Shown here in pieces: positions 36,164 through 45,754 of a stretch of DNA of 57,374 nucleotides. The first letter of the stretch is position 1; every line of letters begins with the position of its first letter. The translations under genes were made by a program, and so were the position numbers. A model generated the notes under the pieces. It was not told the DNA's origin and did not search any database. It saw only the letters and a program-made list of their open reading frames with translations. Origin of the DNA: Verrucomicrobiota bacterium (GTDB lineage: Bacteria > Verrucomicrobiota > Verrucomicrobiia > Limisphaerales > UBA9464); the NCBI GenBank assembly GCA_029865985.1, contig JARXAF010000070.1, positions 1 to 57,374 on the forward strand, written 5' to 3'.

Positions 36164-37845
36164 GCGGTTACCCCTCGCAATACCGAGAGCAACCGGGCCG
36201 CAAAACCGGCGTGATCCATGAGGGGTGAGGCCTGCAACCGAGGACGCAGCGATGCACTGAGTGTTTGGACGGCTTCGGGTTTTTGGGACACCGCCACAGC
36301 CGTCTCGACGAGTGAATCCGCTGAAGAGCAAACCCATTCTTCGAGACCCATGGCTCGAGCGATCATCCAGCCTTGGCGGGAGTGGTAACTGTCTCCGCGA
36401 ATTCCCAGCACCGGAACCCCCATCCAGAGAGCGTCGGCGGTTGTGACCGCTCCATTGTAGGGGAACGGATCGAGCATCACATCCACCTGGTGGTGATATT
36501 CGCAGTACTGGTGTGACGAACCGGGGGGCACAAAAACCAATTGTTCCGGAGCAGCCCCAGCAGCCAACAACCCCGCGCGAATCCTCTCGCGCGAATCGGC
36601 ATCGTCGCGAACCAGCAGGAGCAACCGCGATTCGGACACGGCCGACAAAATACGTCCCCAAACTGCTAGGCATCCCGCATGGACCTTGGCCGGATTATTC
36701 AAGCATCCCCAAGTGAACCGTTCACCACGAGCGCTGGGCCGAGGCAACACTGGAATGGACTCCGAGGTTGGTTGGTAAACCCAAGCAACCCGAGGCAATC
36801 GGATGAGTCGCTCGGAGTAACGATCCTCAATTCCGGGAGGATCGGCCTCTTCATCCGTCAGGCGGTAGTCTACCGATTGGAGTCCCGTCGTATTGGGGTA
36901 ACCGAACCAGGTCATCTGGACCGCGGCCGGTTGATGGTTCAACACCCCCAACCGGTGCCCCGAGGTATGCCCGGACAAATCGATGAGGACATCCAAGGCG
37001 TCGGCTGCAACCTGCCGCGCAGCAACTTCATCGTCCAAGCCCACCAGACTTCGCCAACAGGAGGCGCGCTCCTTCAGTTTGCCGGTCAGCGAGTCGGAAG
37101 GCCCACCGGTTTCGTAGGCGTGGATGACGACATCAGCCGGCGACCAATGGCCCCACAAGGCCGACATCAACCGACCCACCGGGTGTGTCCTGAAGTCCCC
37201 CGAGAGGAAACCAATGCGAAGCGGCCCTGAAGGTGGCAACGGCCGCACCGGGGACATCGGTGGGACGGCCGGCGCATGACGCTCTGCCCACCGGCGGTGT
37301 TCCTCCTTCAAACGCTCCGGGGTTCCGCTGAAATCATAGTGCAGCGTCAGCAAGAGGTTGCTGCGGGCTGTCATTGCCCCCGGATGAAGTTTCAGAGCCT
37401 CCTCCAGTCGCTCGATCGACTCGGTAAGCCTTCCCGAGTCGCCCAGCACCACCGCCAAATTGGTCTGCAGGAATGGATCCAGAGGACTCAAGGCCACCGC
37501 CCGTTCGAAACACTGGCGAGCTTCACCCGTCTGCCGACGATCCCGGCACAGCAACCCCAAGCCCAACCAGGTGGCAGTGACGGACGGATCCACCTCAATG
37601 CTGGCGCGGTATGCAGCATCGGCGTCCTCTATTCGACCGCACGCGGCAAAAATCTTTCCCAAGATCCGAAGCCCGTGCGCATTTTCAGGATCTTGCTGGA
37701 GCAAGGCTTTGATCTTCTGGAACGCCGCCTGCGGTTGCCCCGCGGCCAACAACCCATCGGCTTCGACCATCCACTGCAGCGAACGCGGCGTAGAATCTTC
37801 CCGGATTCCGGATCCAACGGCTGGATTGTTCTTCTCAAATTCCAT
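36136..37845 (-). CDS. TPR-containing GT41 glycosyltransferase, SPINDLY-like
   Basis: N-terminal TPRs; ARSNLL; LRIGFLSGDFRTHPV; DLSGHT; WFGYPNTTGL..DYRLTD; LNNPAK; LDPFPYNGAVTTADALWMGVPV. Confidence 0.9.
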   Translation of the reverse strand: MEFEKNNPAVGSGIREDSTPRSLQWMVEADGLLAAGQPQAAFQKIKALLQQDPENAHGLRILGKIFAACGRIEDADAAYRASIEVDPSVTATWLGLGLLCRDRRQTGEARQCFERAVALSPLDPFLQTNLAVVLGDSGRLTESIERLEEALKLHPGAMTARSNLLLTLHYDFSGTPERLKEEHRRWAERHAPAVPPMSPVRPLPPSGPLRIGFLSGDFRTHPVGRLMSALWGHWSPADVVIHAYETGGPSDSLTGKLKERASCWRSLVGLDDEVAARQVAADALDVLIDLSGHTSGHRLGVLNHQPAAVQMTWFGYPNTTGLQSVDYRLTDEEADPPGIEDRYSERLIRLPRVAWVYQPTSESIPVLPRPSARGERFTWGCLNNPAKVHAGCLAVWGRILSAVSESRLLLLVRDDADSRERIRAGLLAAGAAPEQLVFVPPGSSHQYCEYHHQVDVMLDPFPYNGAVTTADALWMGVPVLGIRGDSYHSRQGWMIARAMGLEEWVCSSADSLVETAVAVSQKPEAVQTLSASLRPRLQASPLMDHAGFAARLLSVLRGVTAQPWVFKKS

Positions 37846-37946
37846 GATCGCCAACGACGCAGTCTTATTGACTATCCGACTATCGAATCCATGTCAATCG
37901 ACGGCCCGGGCTTCCCTGCACCAATGCCTTGTCTCTATCCTGCGGC

Positions 37947-39692
37947 ATGGACAAGGACGAGGTCGCCGCGGTGCTGTCGGAGATCGGTACATTGCTGGAG
38001 TTGAAGGGAGAGAACCCCTTCAAGACTCGGGCTTACCACAATGGAGCCCGCATTCTTGAGGGACTGACCGAGCCGCTGGAGAAGCTCGTGGCCGAAAATC
38101 GCTTGGGCGAATTGAAGGGTTTCGGTGAGGCGCTCCAAGACAAGGTCACCCGCTTGGTCACCACCGGCACCCTGCCCTATTTCGACGAACTCAAGGCCTC
38201 GCTACCACCGGGACTGCCAGCCCTGTTGGAAATCCAAGGCCTCGGGCCGAAGAAAGTGAAACGCCTGTACGATGAGTTGGGAATTGATTCGATGGAGAAG
38301 CTGGAGGCGGCCTGCCACGCTCAAACCATCGCCGGCCTGGAAGGTTTCGGTGAGAAGTCCCAAGCCAAAATCCTCGAGGCCATTGCCTTCAAACGGCAGT
38401 TCGCTTCGCGCCACCGCCTGATCGACGCCTTGGTTTGCGCCGATCCCATCCTGGAGTCCCTGCGCGGACATCCTGATGTCACCCGCTGCTCGACCGCCGG
38501 AAGTCTGCGGCGCTGGAAGGAAGTGATCGGAGACATCGACTTCCTGGTGTCCTCCAAGAACCCGACGTCGGTCATCGCCTTTTTCGTCGAGCAACCCGGC
38601 GTGAAGTCGGTTCTGGCTCAAGGCGAAACCAAGGCGAGCGTGATTCTGGAGGGCGGCATCCAAGCCGATTTGCGGGTGGTGGCGGATGTCGAATTCCCGT
38701 TCGCCCTGGCCTATTTCACCGGCTCGAAAGAACACAATATCGTGATGCGCCAGCGGGCCATCGCACGAGGCCTGCGGCTCAATGAGTACGGACTCTTCCG
38801 AGGCAGCGAAGAGACCCGGGATCCGGCCCTGCGGGTCACTTGTCATGAGGAACGTGAGATTTTCGAGCAACTGGGGATGGCCTACGTGCCGCCCGAACTG
38901 CGGGAAGATCACGGCGAATTTGCCGCGGCCGAATCCAACTCACTACCCCGACTCATCGAATGGACCGACTTGCGCGGTTCATTGCACAACCATTCCAATT
39001 GGTCCGACGGCCGAGATTCCTTGGAAGCGATCGCCGCCGAGGCGCACGAACTCGGACTCGATTACTGGGCCATCACCGACCATTCACGGGCTTCGTTCCA
39101 AGCAAATGGGCTCGATGTCCGGCGCCTCGAGGATCAACTGCAGGCGGTGGCGGCGGTGAACCAGTCGTACGCTGCTGAAGGCAGCGAGTTTCGGCTTCTG
39201 ACCGGGTCTGAGGTGGACATCTTGAAAGACGGCCTCGATTTCGACGACTCCATCCTCGCTCGGTTGGACGTGGTGGTCGCTAGCTTGCATGTGCCCTCGA
39301 GTGATGGGCTCGAGAACACACGCCGGTTGATCGAGGCTGCGGAGAACCGATACGTCCACATGCTCGGACATCTCACCGGACGACTGCTATTGGAGCGGAA
39401 CGCCTACAAGTTGGATGTCCCGGCGGTGTTGAAGGCGTGCGCGGCGACGGGCACTTGGATTGAACTCAATGCGAGCCCGTATCGATTCGATCTCGATTGG
39501 CGTCTGTGGCGGCAAGCAAAGGAACTCGGCGTGAAATGCGTGATCAACTGCGACGCCCATCGGCTGGACCACTTCAACTTCCTGCGTCTCGGAGCCGGTA
39601 TCGCCCGCAAGGGCTGGTTGACCCAAGCCGACGTGATTAACACGAATAGCTTGAAGGATTTGCAGCAGGCGTTGAGGCAAAAGCGCGCATAG
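37947..39692 (+). CDS. polX: DNA polymerase X / PHP-domain 3'-5' exonuclease PolX
   Basis: GENPFKTRAY; GLGPKK; GSLRR..GDIDFL; QADLRV; YFTGSKEHN; PHP motifs HNHSNWSDG, ITDHS, GHLTGR, NCDAH. Confidence 0.93.
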   Translation: MDKDEVAAVLSEIGTLLELKGENPFKTRAYHNGARILEGLTEPLEKLVAENRLGELKGFGEALQDKVTRLVTTGTLPYFDELKASLPPGLPALLEIQGLGPKKVKRLYDELGIDSMEKLEAACHAQTIAGLEGFGEKSQAKILEAIAFKRQFASRHRLIDALVCADPILESLRGHPDVTRCSTAGSLRRWKEVIGDIDFLVSSKNPTSVIAFFVEQPGVKSVLAQGETKASVILEGGIQADLRVVADVEFPFALAYFTGSKEHNIVMRQRAIARGLRLNEYGLFRGSEETRDPALRVTCHEEREIFEQLGMAYVPPELREDHGEFAAAESNSLPRLIEWTDLRGSLHNHSNWSDGRDSLEAIAAEAHELGLDYWAITDHSRASFQANGLDVRRLEDQLQAVAAVNQSYAAEGSEFRLLTGSEVDILKDGLDFDDSILARLDVVVASLHVPSSDGLENTRRLIEAAENRYVHMLGHLTGRLLLERNAYKLDVPAVLKACAATGTWIELNASPYRFDLDWRLWRQAKELGVKCVINCDAHRLDHFNFLRLGAGIARKGWLTQADVINTNSLKDLQQALRQKRA

Positions 39693-39723
39693 CCCCCGCT
39701 GGGAATCGCACTCGGCGAACCTC

Positions 39724-39759
39724 GCCGCCGAAGCCGCCGAAGCCTCCGAAGCCGTCGAT
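39724..39759. repeat. Tandem 9-bp repeat x4 between convergent genes
   Basis: GCCGCCGAA GCCGCCGAA GCCTCCGAA GCCGTCGAT. Confidence 0.65.
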
Positions 39760-39798
39760 GAGGTCAACGCCCGGAGCACCGGCGCGGACGCTTCTCGG

Positions 39799-41007
39799 CT
39801 ACCGAGGCGAAAGCGGACCCAGAATGCGCACCTCGAACGGCGCCAGAGCTGGCATCCAACCATCGGCATCCACCGCCACCTCATCGTCGTGGCGGACATC
39901 CGGCATCCGCACATTCCACCAGGTCTCATCCGTCAGACGGATTTGCTGGATCCGCTCGGTGGTGTTGACCAAAACCCAATAATCGCCCGCCGCGACAAAC
40001 CCGTTGCCCTGCCGGACGGAATTCACCGACCAGAGGATCGGCGGTTCCAAGGCTTCATTGCGACGATCGGTCATCATCTCCGATCGCGGCGGGCGCTGGG
40101 ATGTCGCGGGCGCAGCGAAGATCGGCTCCCAGCGGCGAACTTCCTGGACCACGTTGGTGAGTGCTTTCCACGTCTCCGGATGGCGGGGCATCTCCCAATT
40201 CCCATCGCGATAGGGATAATACACAACCGCATCAGCACCGATGATCCGCGCTCCCCAAGTCATGCTGCGCAATTCTTCTTCCGTCGGCGGTCGCGGCGAA
40301 AAGGGCGGCGGGAAGTATTCCGTTCGGTAGGCGCCCCAGTCCATGGACTGGATCACCGCGTAGAACTGCTTGCCGCCCGCACGAGCCGCCGTCGCACCAT
40401 GACGCATGTGCTGGAAGAACGCCGGAACCGGAATCCATCCGACGGGATAGAAATCCACCATCAGGAGATCGGCCGTGTGGAACTTGGCTAAATTCCAACC
40501 CCGAGCCACCACCAGTGCCGTGGGCTTTTGTCCCCCCGCCAATCGCACGGCATCGTGGGCCTGTTCCACCTGTTCGGCGGGGACTTCGTTCAAATCGGGC
40601 TCATCAATAAGGTACCAACCGGACAGGGCTGGATGGCGATCCCAACGCCGGACTGTCTCACGCACCCGTTTCGCATCGAAACCCTTACCGGCCGAACTGC
40701 CCGGAGCCGCAATGACACCCACTCCGAGGCGGGCGGCGGCATCCATGTAGGCCGGATCCAAACCTCCCATGACCAGCGAAAAACCGGACGCATGGACCGC
40801 CTGTAAATCGGCAACCCCTGGCACCCCGTAAATCCCCAAGGGGAAGGGTTTGGAAGCCGCCCGATTCGCAGAAGGGCCCTTGGCTTGCGGTAGTCGTTGG
40901 CAGGCGGCGGCCAGCCCACCCATTAGCGCCACCATCACGATCCATCCCAGCTTCCGGGGAAACCTTGAAAGACTTTGGATGAAGCGAACAGAAGCGAACC
41001 CATTCAT
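39799..41007 (-). CDS. Lipoprotein with a putative glycoside-hydrolase-like TIM barrel
   Basis: Lipobox-like LAAA|C; FPLGIYG; HPALSGWYLIDEP; DLLMVDFYPV; ATGA coupling to the upstream kinase. Confidence 0.6.
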   Translation of the reverse strand: MNGFASVRFIQSLSRFPRKLGWIVMVALMGGLAAACQRLPQAKGPSANRAASKPFPLGIYGVPGVADLQAVHASGFSLVMGGLDPAYMDAAARLGVGVIAAPGSSAGKGFDAKRVRETVRRWDRHPALSGWYLIDEPDLNEVPAEQVEQAHDAVRLAGGQKPTALVVARGWNLAKFHTADLLMVDFYPVGWIPVPAFFQHMRHGATAARAGGKQFYAVIQSMDWGAYRTEYFPPPFSPRPPTEEELRSMTWGARIIGADAVVYYPYRDGNWEMPRHPETWKALTNVVQEVRRWEPIFAAPATSQRPPRSEMMTDRRNEALEPPILWSVNSVRQGNGFVAAGDYWVLVNTTERIQQIRLTDETWWNVRMPDVRHDDEVAVDADGWMPALAPFEVRILGPLSPR

Positions 41008-42044
41008 GAGGCGAACACCTTTTGCCGGATTTGTTCCACCGAGGCAGTGCCGGTGGTCCCCAGTTGATGGATGACGCAATGGGCCGCAGCCATGGCCAAT
41101 TGCATGGCCTCGGGCAAATCGGCTCCCGCGGCCAGCGCCGCTGTCAGATTGGCACTGACCGAGTCACCCGCACCCACGATGTCAATCGGGCCGCTCACCG
41201 GATAGGCTGGAACATGGGCCACCGCCCCCTCGGCCGTGGCGCCAATTATCCCCAGCTCCGCCAGCGTGATAAAAACAGGCCGCTTCAACGACATCGCCAT
41301 GGACCTGGCGGCCGAGACCACCGCGGGCAAATCGCCCACACTGCGACCCGTCAGGCGTCCCAACTCCGCCGCGTTCATCTTCCAGTGGGCCGCCGGCCAC
41401 CCGTGCAACCCCCGACGGCTGTCTGCCACGATGGGCAAGGCCGGCTGGGCGGCCGAAAGACGCCGGAGTCGTTCCCGCACCTTCTCGGTCACCACACCGG
41501 TCTCGGCGATGTCCACCTGATCCATCACCATCCAGGCATCCGCGCTCTCTGGGCCTTCGGCCACCCGATCCATCGCGGCGATGACCGCCGCCTGGGCCGC
41601 GTCCGGAGTCTGTGTGTAGTTCTTGAGGTCCAGGCGACTCAATTCTTCCGGAGGCTGGCCCGCGCGATGCAGCAAAGGCTTGGTGTAGGTGAAGGTATTG
41701 CGTCCGGGGATGGCCACAAAACCCTCCAGATCCACCCCCGTCCGAGCGGCCAGCGCGCGGTGCAATTCAAAGCCTTCGCCGTCATCTCCGCGAAGGCCCA
41801 GACAACGGATGGTGCCCACCCCCAAGGCCACCAGATTGTTCAGAACCGTCCCAGCCGCCCCGGGCAGGCAACGCACCCCAGTGATGTTGTGCACCGGGAG
41901 CCCGGTCTCGATGGAGATCTCAGACCGGGCCGGATCAATGTCGAAGTAACGGTCGAGGCAGAAATCCCCCAGCAGAGCCACCCGCAACCGAGGGTATCGA
42001 CCTGTGATCGCATCGAACCGTTCCACGGTCATACCCGGTTTCAT
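41004..42044 (-). CDS. PfkB-family carbohydrate kinase (HldE/RfaE domain I-like)
   Basis: LLGDFCLDRY; PGAAGTVLNNL; KMNAAEL; DIVGAGDS anion-hole motif; GTTGTAS. Confidence 0.85.
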   Translation of the reverse strand: MKPGMTVERFDAITGRYPRLRVALLGDFCLDRYFDIDPARSEISIETGLPVHNITGVRCLPGAAGTVLNNLVALGVGTIRCLGLRGDDGEGFELHRALAARTGVDLEGFVAIPGRNTFTYTKPLLHRAGQPPEELSRLDLKNYTQTPDAAQAAVIAAMDRVAEGPESADAWMVMDQVDIAETGVVTEKVRERLRRLSAAQPALPIVADSRRGLHGWPAAHWKMNAAELGRLTGRSVGDLPAVVSAARSMAMSLKRPVFITLAELGIIGATAEGAVAHVPAYPVSGPIDIVGAGDSVSANLTAALAAGADLPEAMQLAMAAAHCVIHQLGTTGTASVEQIRQKVFAS

Positions 42045-42092
42045 GACAAGAGTGGCTGGGTTGCTGGCATCCGTCTCGGAGACGGACTCGTG

Positions 42093-42968
42093 CTATTCCT
42101 TGAAGATCAATTCGCCGTCGTGACGGGTCACGCCGCGGAAGGCCGTCAGGAGTTTGCCGGTGATCGTGCCCGGCTTGCCGTTGCCGATGACGCGACCATC
42201 CACCTTCACCACCGGAACCATCTCGGCCGCGGTGCCCGTGAGGAACATCTCATCGGCAGTATAAATATCGTATCGGGTCAGATTGGGCTCGGCCACCTCG
42301 ATGCCCATGGCCTTGGCGCAGTCGATGACCGTGTTGCGCGTGATGCCATACAGCGCGCCCGCACTCAGCGGCGGCGTGAAGAGCTTGCCCTTCTGGACGA
42401 TGAAAATGTTGTCGCCGGTGCACTCGGCCACATAGCCATCGGTATTGAGCATGATAGCCTCTTCAACCCCGATCAAATTGGCCTCGATGCGGGCCAAGAT
42501 GTTGTTCAGGTAGTTGAGCGACTTGATGGCCGGATTCACCGAGTTCACCAGCATGCGGGTGGTCGGGACCGTGGCGATAGTCATGCCGTCCTGATAGACG
42601 GACTCCGGGTAGAGTTGGATGGTCGCGGCGATGATGATCACCGACGGTTTCGGGCATCGGCGCGGATCAAGTCCGAGGGTTCCCTTGCCCCGGGTGACGA
42701 TGAGTCGGATGTATCCTTCGCGCAGCCCATTGGCGCGGCAGGTCTCCAGGCAGGCTTCCATCATCTGCTCCTGCGTCATCGGGATCTCCAGGAGAATGGC
42801 CTTGGCAGACCAATACAGGCGCTCGATGTGCTCCCGCAGCTTGAAGATGCGGTTGTGGTACATGCGGATGCCTTCAAAGACACCGTCACCATACAACAGA
42901 CCGTGATCAAAGACGCTGATGGTGGCGTCGGCTTCGTCCCGCAACTGACCGTCGATGTAGACCTTCAT
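42093..42968 (-). CDS. ilvE: Branched-chain amino acid aminotransferase
   Basis: FDHGLLYGDGVFEGIR; IKSLNYLNN (PLP Lys); ECTGDNIF; GITRNTV; FLTGTAAE. Confidence 0.95.
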   Translation of the reverse strand: MKVYIDGQLRDEADATISVFDHGLLYGDGVFEGIRMYHNRIFKLREHIERLYWSAKAILLEIPMTQEQMMEACLETCRANGLREGYIRLIVTRGKGTLGLDPRRCPKPSVIIIAATIQLYPESVYQDGMTIATVPTTRMLVNSVNPAIKSLNYLNNILARIEANLIGVEEAIMLNTDGYVAECTGDNIFIVQKGKLFTPPLSAGALYGITRNTVIDCAKAMGIEVAEPNLTRYDIYTADEMFLTGTAAEMVPVVKVDGRVIGNGKPGTITGKLLTAFRGVTRHDGELIFKE

Positions 42969-43140
42969 TGGATTTTCTGGCCTGACGCTACGTGAGCGCA
43001 CTATCCGCCCGCAAGCGTGCACCGGAAGGGACGTGAGCCGAGAAGGATCCAACCTTCAAGGGGATGGGTCGCTCAGGACGACGAGCAGGACCTCGTCACC
43101 CAAAAGGACTCCGTGACCTTCCTGAAATAGGGCCCCAGAT

Positions 43141-43169
43141 CAGGCGGGATTCAACACAGGCGGGATTCA
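43141..43169. repeat. 13-bp direct repeat spanning a stop codon
   Basis: CAGGCGGGATTCA ACA CAGGCGGGATTCA; the second copy holds the stop codon of 43167-43721. Confidence 0.65.
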
Positions 43170-43721
43170 GCGGTAGACCGTGACCGCCAGGGCCGAGATC
43201 AAGATTCCCCAAACGACACCGGCAACCCCCATGAGCCGCACCCGCCCTTCGGATTGGGTGCACCACGCTAACCAATCCCGCACACGCCACGGAGACACAG
43301 CGACCCAAATCGCCCCAGTCACCCAGACATACATCCACACCGTGACCAAATACCTCAACGGACTGGGATGCCACCGCTGCGCATCGAGCACCAAATCCGC
43401 CGCCAAGCACAAGACGATGGCCGAGCCTCGAACCGAAAGGTAATCGCGGACCACGAAACAACTGGCGATCCCGATCGCCAAGACTCCTCCCAGCAGAAAA
43501 GGCCTAAACGCGGCGAAATCGGAGATCTCTGAATTCTGGAGGTTCTGCTCAAACCACACGCTGCCCAGCAGCATGAGCACGACTCCCACGGCGGTGTTAC
43601 GATGGAATCCACGCAACCAACCCGCACAGGCACCCGGCCTCAACAGCGGCCACAAATGGCCCAAAAAACAACCCAAACCCAAAACGAGGGCCACTTGGGA
43701 GAAATTCAGCGGTAGCTTCAT
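43167..43721 (-). CDS. Hypothetical integral membrane protein (about 6 TM)
   Basis: Multiple hydrophobic segments; DYLSVRG and SPWRVRDW motifs. Confidence 0.7.
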   Translation of the reverse strand: MKLPLNFSQVALVLGLGCFLGHLWPLLRPGACAGWLRGFHRNTAVGVVLMLLGSVWFEQNLQNSEISDFAAFRPFLLGGVLAIGIASCFVVRDYLSVRGSAIVLCLAADLVLDAQRWHPSPLRYLVTVWMYVWVTGAIWVAVSPWRVRDWLAWCTQSEGRVRLMGVAGVVWGILISALAVTVYR

Positions 43722-43855
43722 CGACGAATAAGTTCAGAGGATCTTGTAAAGCCGCCCCAAGGCGAGGGGAAAGAGTGAGTCCGGACAACAACGCCGACCG
43801 ACGCTCCTGGGTATTACGGGTCGTATTCGAAACACCCTGCCCCACCCGCAAACGA

Positions 43856-44764
43856 TCAATCCAACAGAGGGCGCATCTCTTCCAGAATCACCGGCACGCG
43901 AACAAACGGATCATCCTTGAACTCGTACTCCAACACGACAAACCCCTGATACCCCGCATCCCGGAGGATCTTGAACGTGCGCGGGTAATCCGCCTTCTCC
44001 ACGCCGGATTTGCCGCCCACATGCACCTTCCCCTTGAATTGCACGTTCACAGCCCACGGAGCGCACAAGGCCAATTCACGATACGGATCGGTGGAATAAA
44101 AATTGCCGGTGTCCAGATTGATGCCGACCCAAGGGCTTTGGACCGCCTTCACGATCTCGATGAGCGATTCCGCTTTTCGGACAATGCCACCATGGTTTTC
44201 CACCCCCAGGAAAATCCCCGCCTTGCCCGCCTCGGCACCGCATTCCTCCAAAGCGGCGATGGTCAACTTGGCCGCTTCGGCCTCGGAGGTGCCGTGAATA
44301 CCGCCCGCGAAGACCCGGATGTGCGGCGCACCGAGGATGGCCGCCTTGCGGATCCACTCCTTCACCGAAGCGATTTCTGCATTCCGTTTTTCGCCCGCCG
44401 GATGACAGAAATCATTACCCACCGCAGTGCCACTCATCGTCACACCGCGGAGGTGGGCATGGCGTCGAAGGTCTCGGAGGTAGTCATCGGTCACCTTTTC
44501 AGGGAAATAGTAACTGGTCAGTTCCGCACCCTCACAGGCGTGATCCGCGCAATAATCGACGAAGCGCTTCATGTCCATGCGGGCGGGGCTGCCGTCCTTG
44601 CCCGGCTTGAACTGATCGCCAAAGGAGTAGGCCGCCAGCGAGAGACGCAGACGGGACCGCGAGGACCTGGAAAACGGCTCAGCAGCCCGGAGCGGAATCG
44701 TGCCCAAGGCACCCAGGGATGCGGACGCGACAAGAAACCGACGACGGCTCAACAGCGTGGACAT
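43856..44764 (-). CDS. Tat-exported sugar phosphate isomerase/epimerase (TIM barrel)
   Basis: Twin-arginine SRRRFL; SLAAYSF; ELTSYYF; RVFAG; GVENHGG; NLDTGNF; LEYE. Confidence 0.88.
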   Translation of the reverse strand: MSTLLSRRRFLVASASLGALGTIPLRAAEPFSRSSRSRLRLSLAAYSFGDQFKPGKDGSPARMDMKRFVDYCADHACEGAELTSYYFPEKVTDDYLRDLRRHAHLRGVTMSGTAVGNDFCHPAGEKRNAEIASVKEWIRKAAILGAPHIRVFAGGIHGTSEAEAAKLTIAALEECGAEAGKAGIFLGVENHGGIVRKAESLIEIVKAVQSPWVGINLDTGNFYSTDPYRELALCAPWAVNVQFKGKVHVGGKSGVEKADYPRTFKILRDAGYQGFVVLEYEFKDDPFVRVPVILEEMRPLLD

Positions 44765-44969
44765 GGATAAGACGCTAGAGACGGCACCCGAACGCGGCAA
44801 GAATCCTGTGCCCAGAGGCTGACCCTCCTGAACCGACCGCGTTCGCAAAGGCCTGGCACGCGCCGTTCGAACCCTCACACCTGGACGCCACGACGAGCGG
44901 CATCCCAACGGGTTGGGGTGTCGACGGGTTGGGGTTGTCCGTTGCTGGATTCCACCGCAAGCTTTCCGC

Positions 44970-45509
44970 ATGCATCGGCGAATTTCGGCCCGAACCCATC
45001 TGGAGGATCGTTCCGGTTTTGCCCGATGGATTGGGGCTTGCGTCCCATTCTCAACACCCCTCGTTCTCATCGCATTGATGAGCTGGGGATGCTCTCCGGA
45101 ATCACCGCCACCCACGGCAGAAGAAACCCAAAAAGTGCTCAAGGAAGCCGGTGAGCGCATCCAACAAGGGGCCGCCTCGGCCGCGGCGGTGGCGCGCCAA
45201 ACAGCGCGAGAAGCCACACAAACCGCTGAGACAGCAACCAAGCGCGCCACAGACGAAGCCCGTCGGGCCGTTGAAGCGGCCGCCCGCAGCGATACCGTCC
45301 AGCGACTCAAATCGGCCAGCACCAACGCCTTTCAGCAAGCCCGCACACAGGCTGAAGCCGGTGCCGCCGCTGCGCGGCAACAAGCCGAACAGGCACTCAA
45401 AGGGGCCTCCGACCTGGCAACCAAGACCGCCACAACCACCGAGGAACAAGCTCGGAAACTGGCAGCGAAAGCCCGTGAAACCCTCGGAAGGTCTTCCGAC
45501 AAGCCGTAA
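44970..45509 (+). CDS. Ala/Thr/Glu-rich helical lipoprotein, hypothetical
   Basis: LIALMSWG|C lipobox-like site followed by amphipathic Ala-rich repeats; start uncertain. Confidence 0.6.
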   Translation: MHRRISARTHLEDRSGFARWIGACVPFSTPLVLIALMSWGCSPESPPPTAEETQKVLKEAGERIQQGAASAAAVARQTAREATQTAETATKRATDEARRAVEAAARSDTVQRLKSASTNAFQQARTQAEAGAAAARQQAEQALKGASDLATKTATTTEEQARKLAAKARETLGRSSDKP

Positions 45510-45754
45510 CCTCTGACGCGACCGTCATTCCCGGGACGCATCCAATCACGGGCTCTCCCTTCCATGCCCGATCGCCGAGTCGCTGTGCCACATCGAAGCG
45601 CCCGTTCTGCGCGGTCCAGGTAACGATCAACGTTCGGTCCGCCACCTCGTTGAATCCTCTATTCACACCAGAAAACCAGCATTTCGCCCCAAGACCATAG
45701 CATTCGACCCCAAATATGCCGTTGCCAGGCACTTTCCGCATACAGTCAACGGCA

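Noticed and set aside
37947-39692. Catalytically altered PolX
   Set aside because: The GDID motif and third Asp (QADLR) are intact, as are the PHP histidines; it looks canonical.
41022-42995. 657-aa plus-strand ORF over the kinase and ilvE
   Set aside because: Antisense to two well-supported genes; non-protein-like composition.
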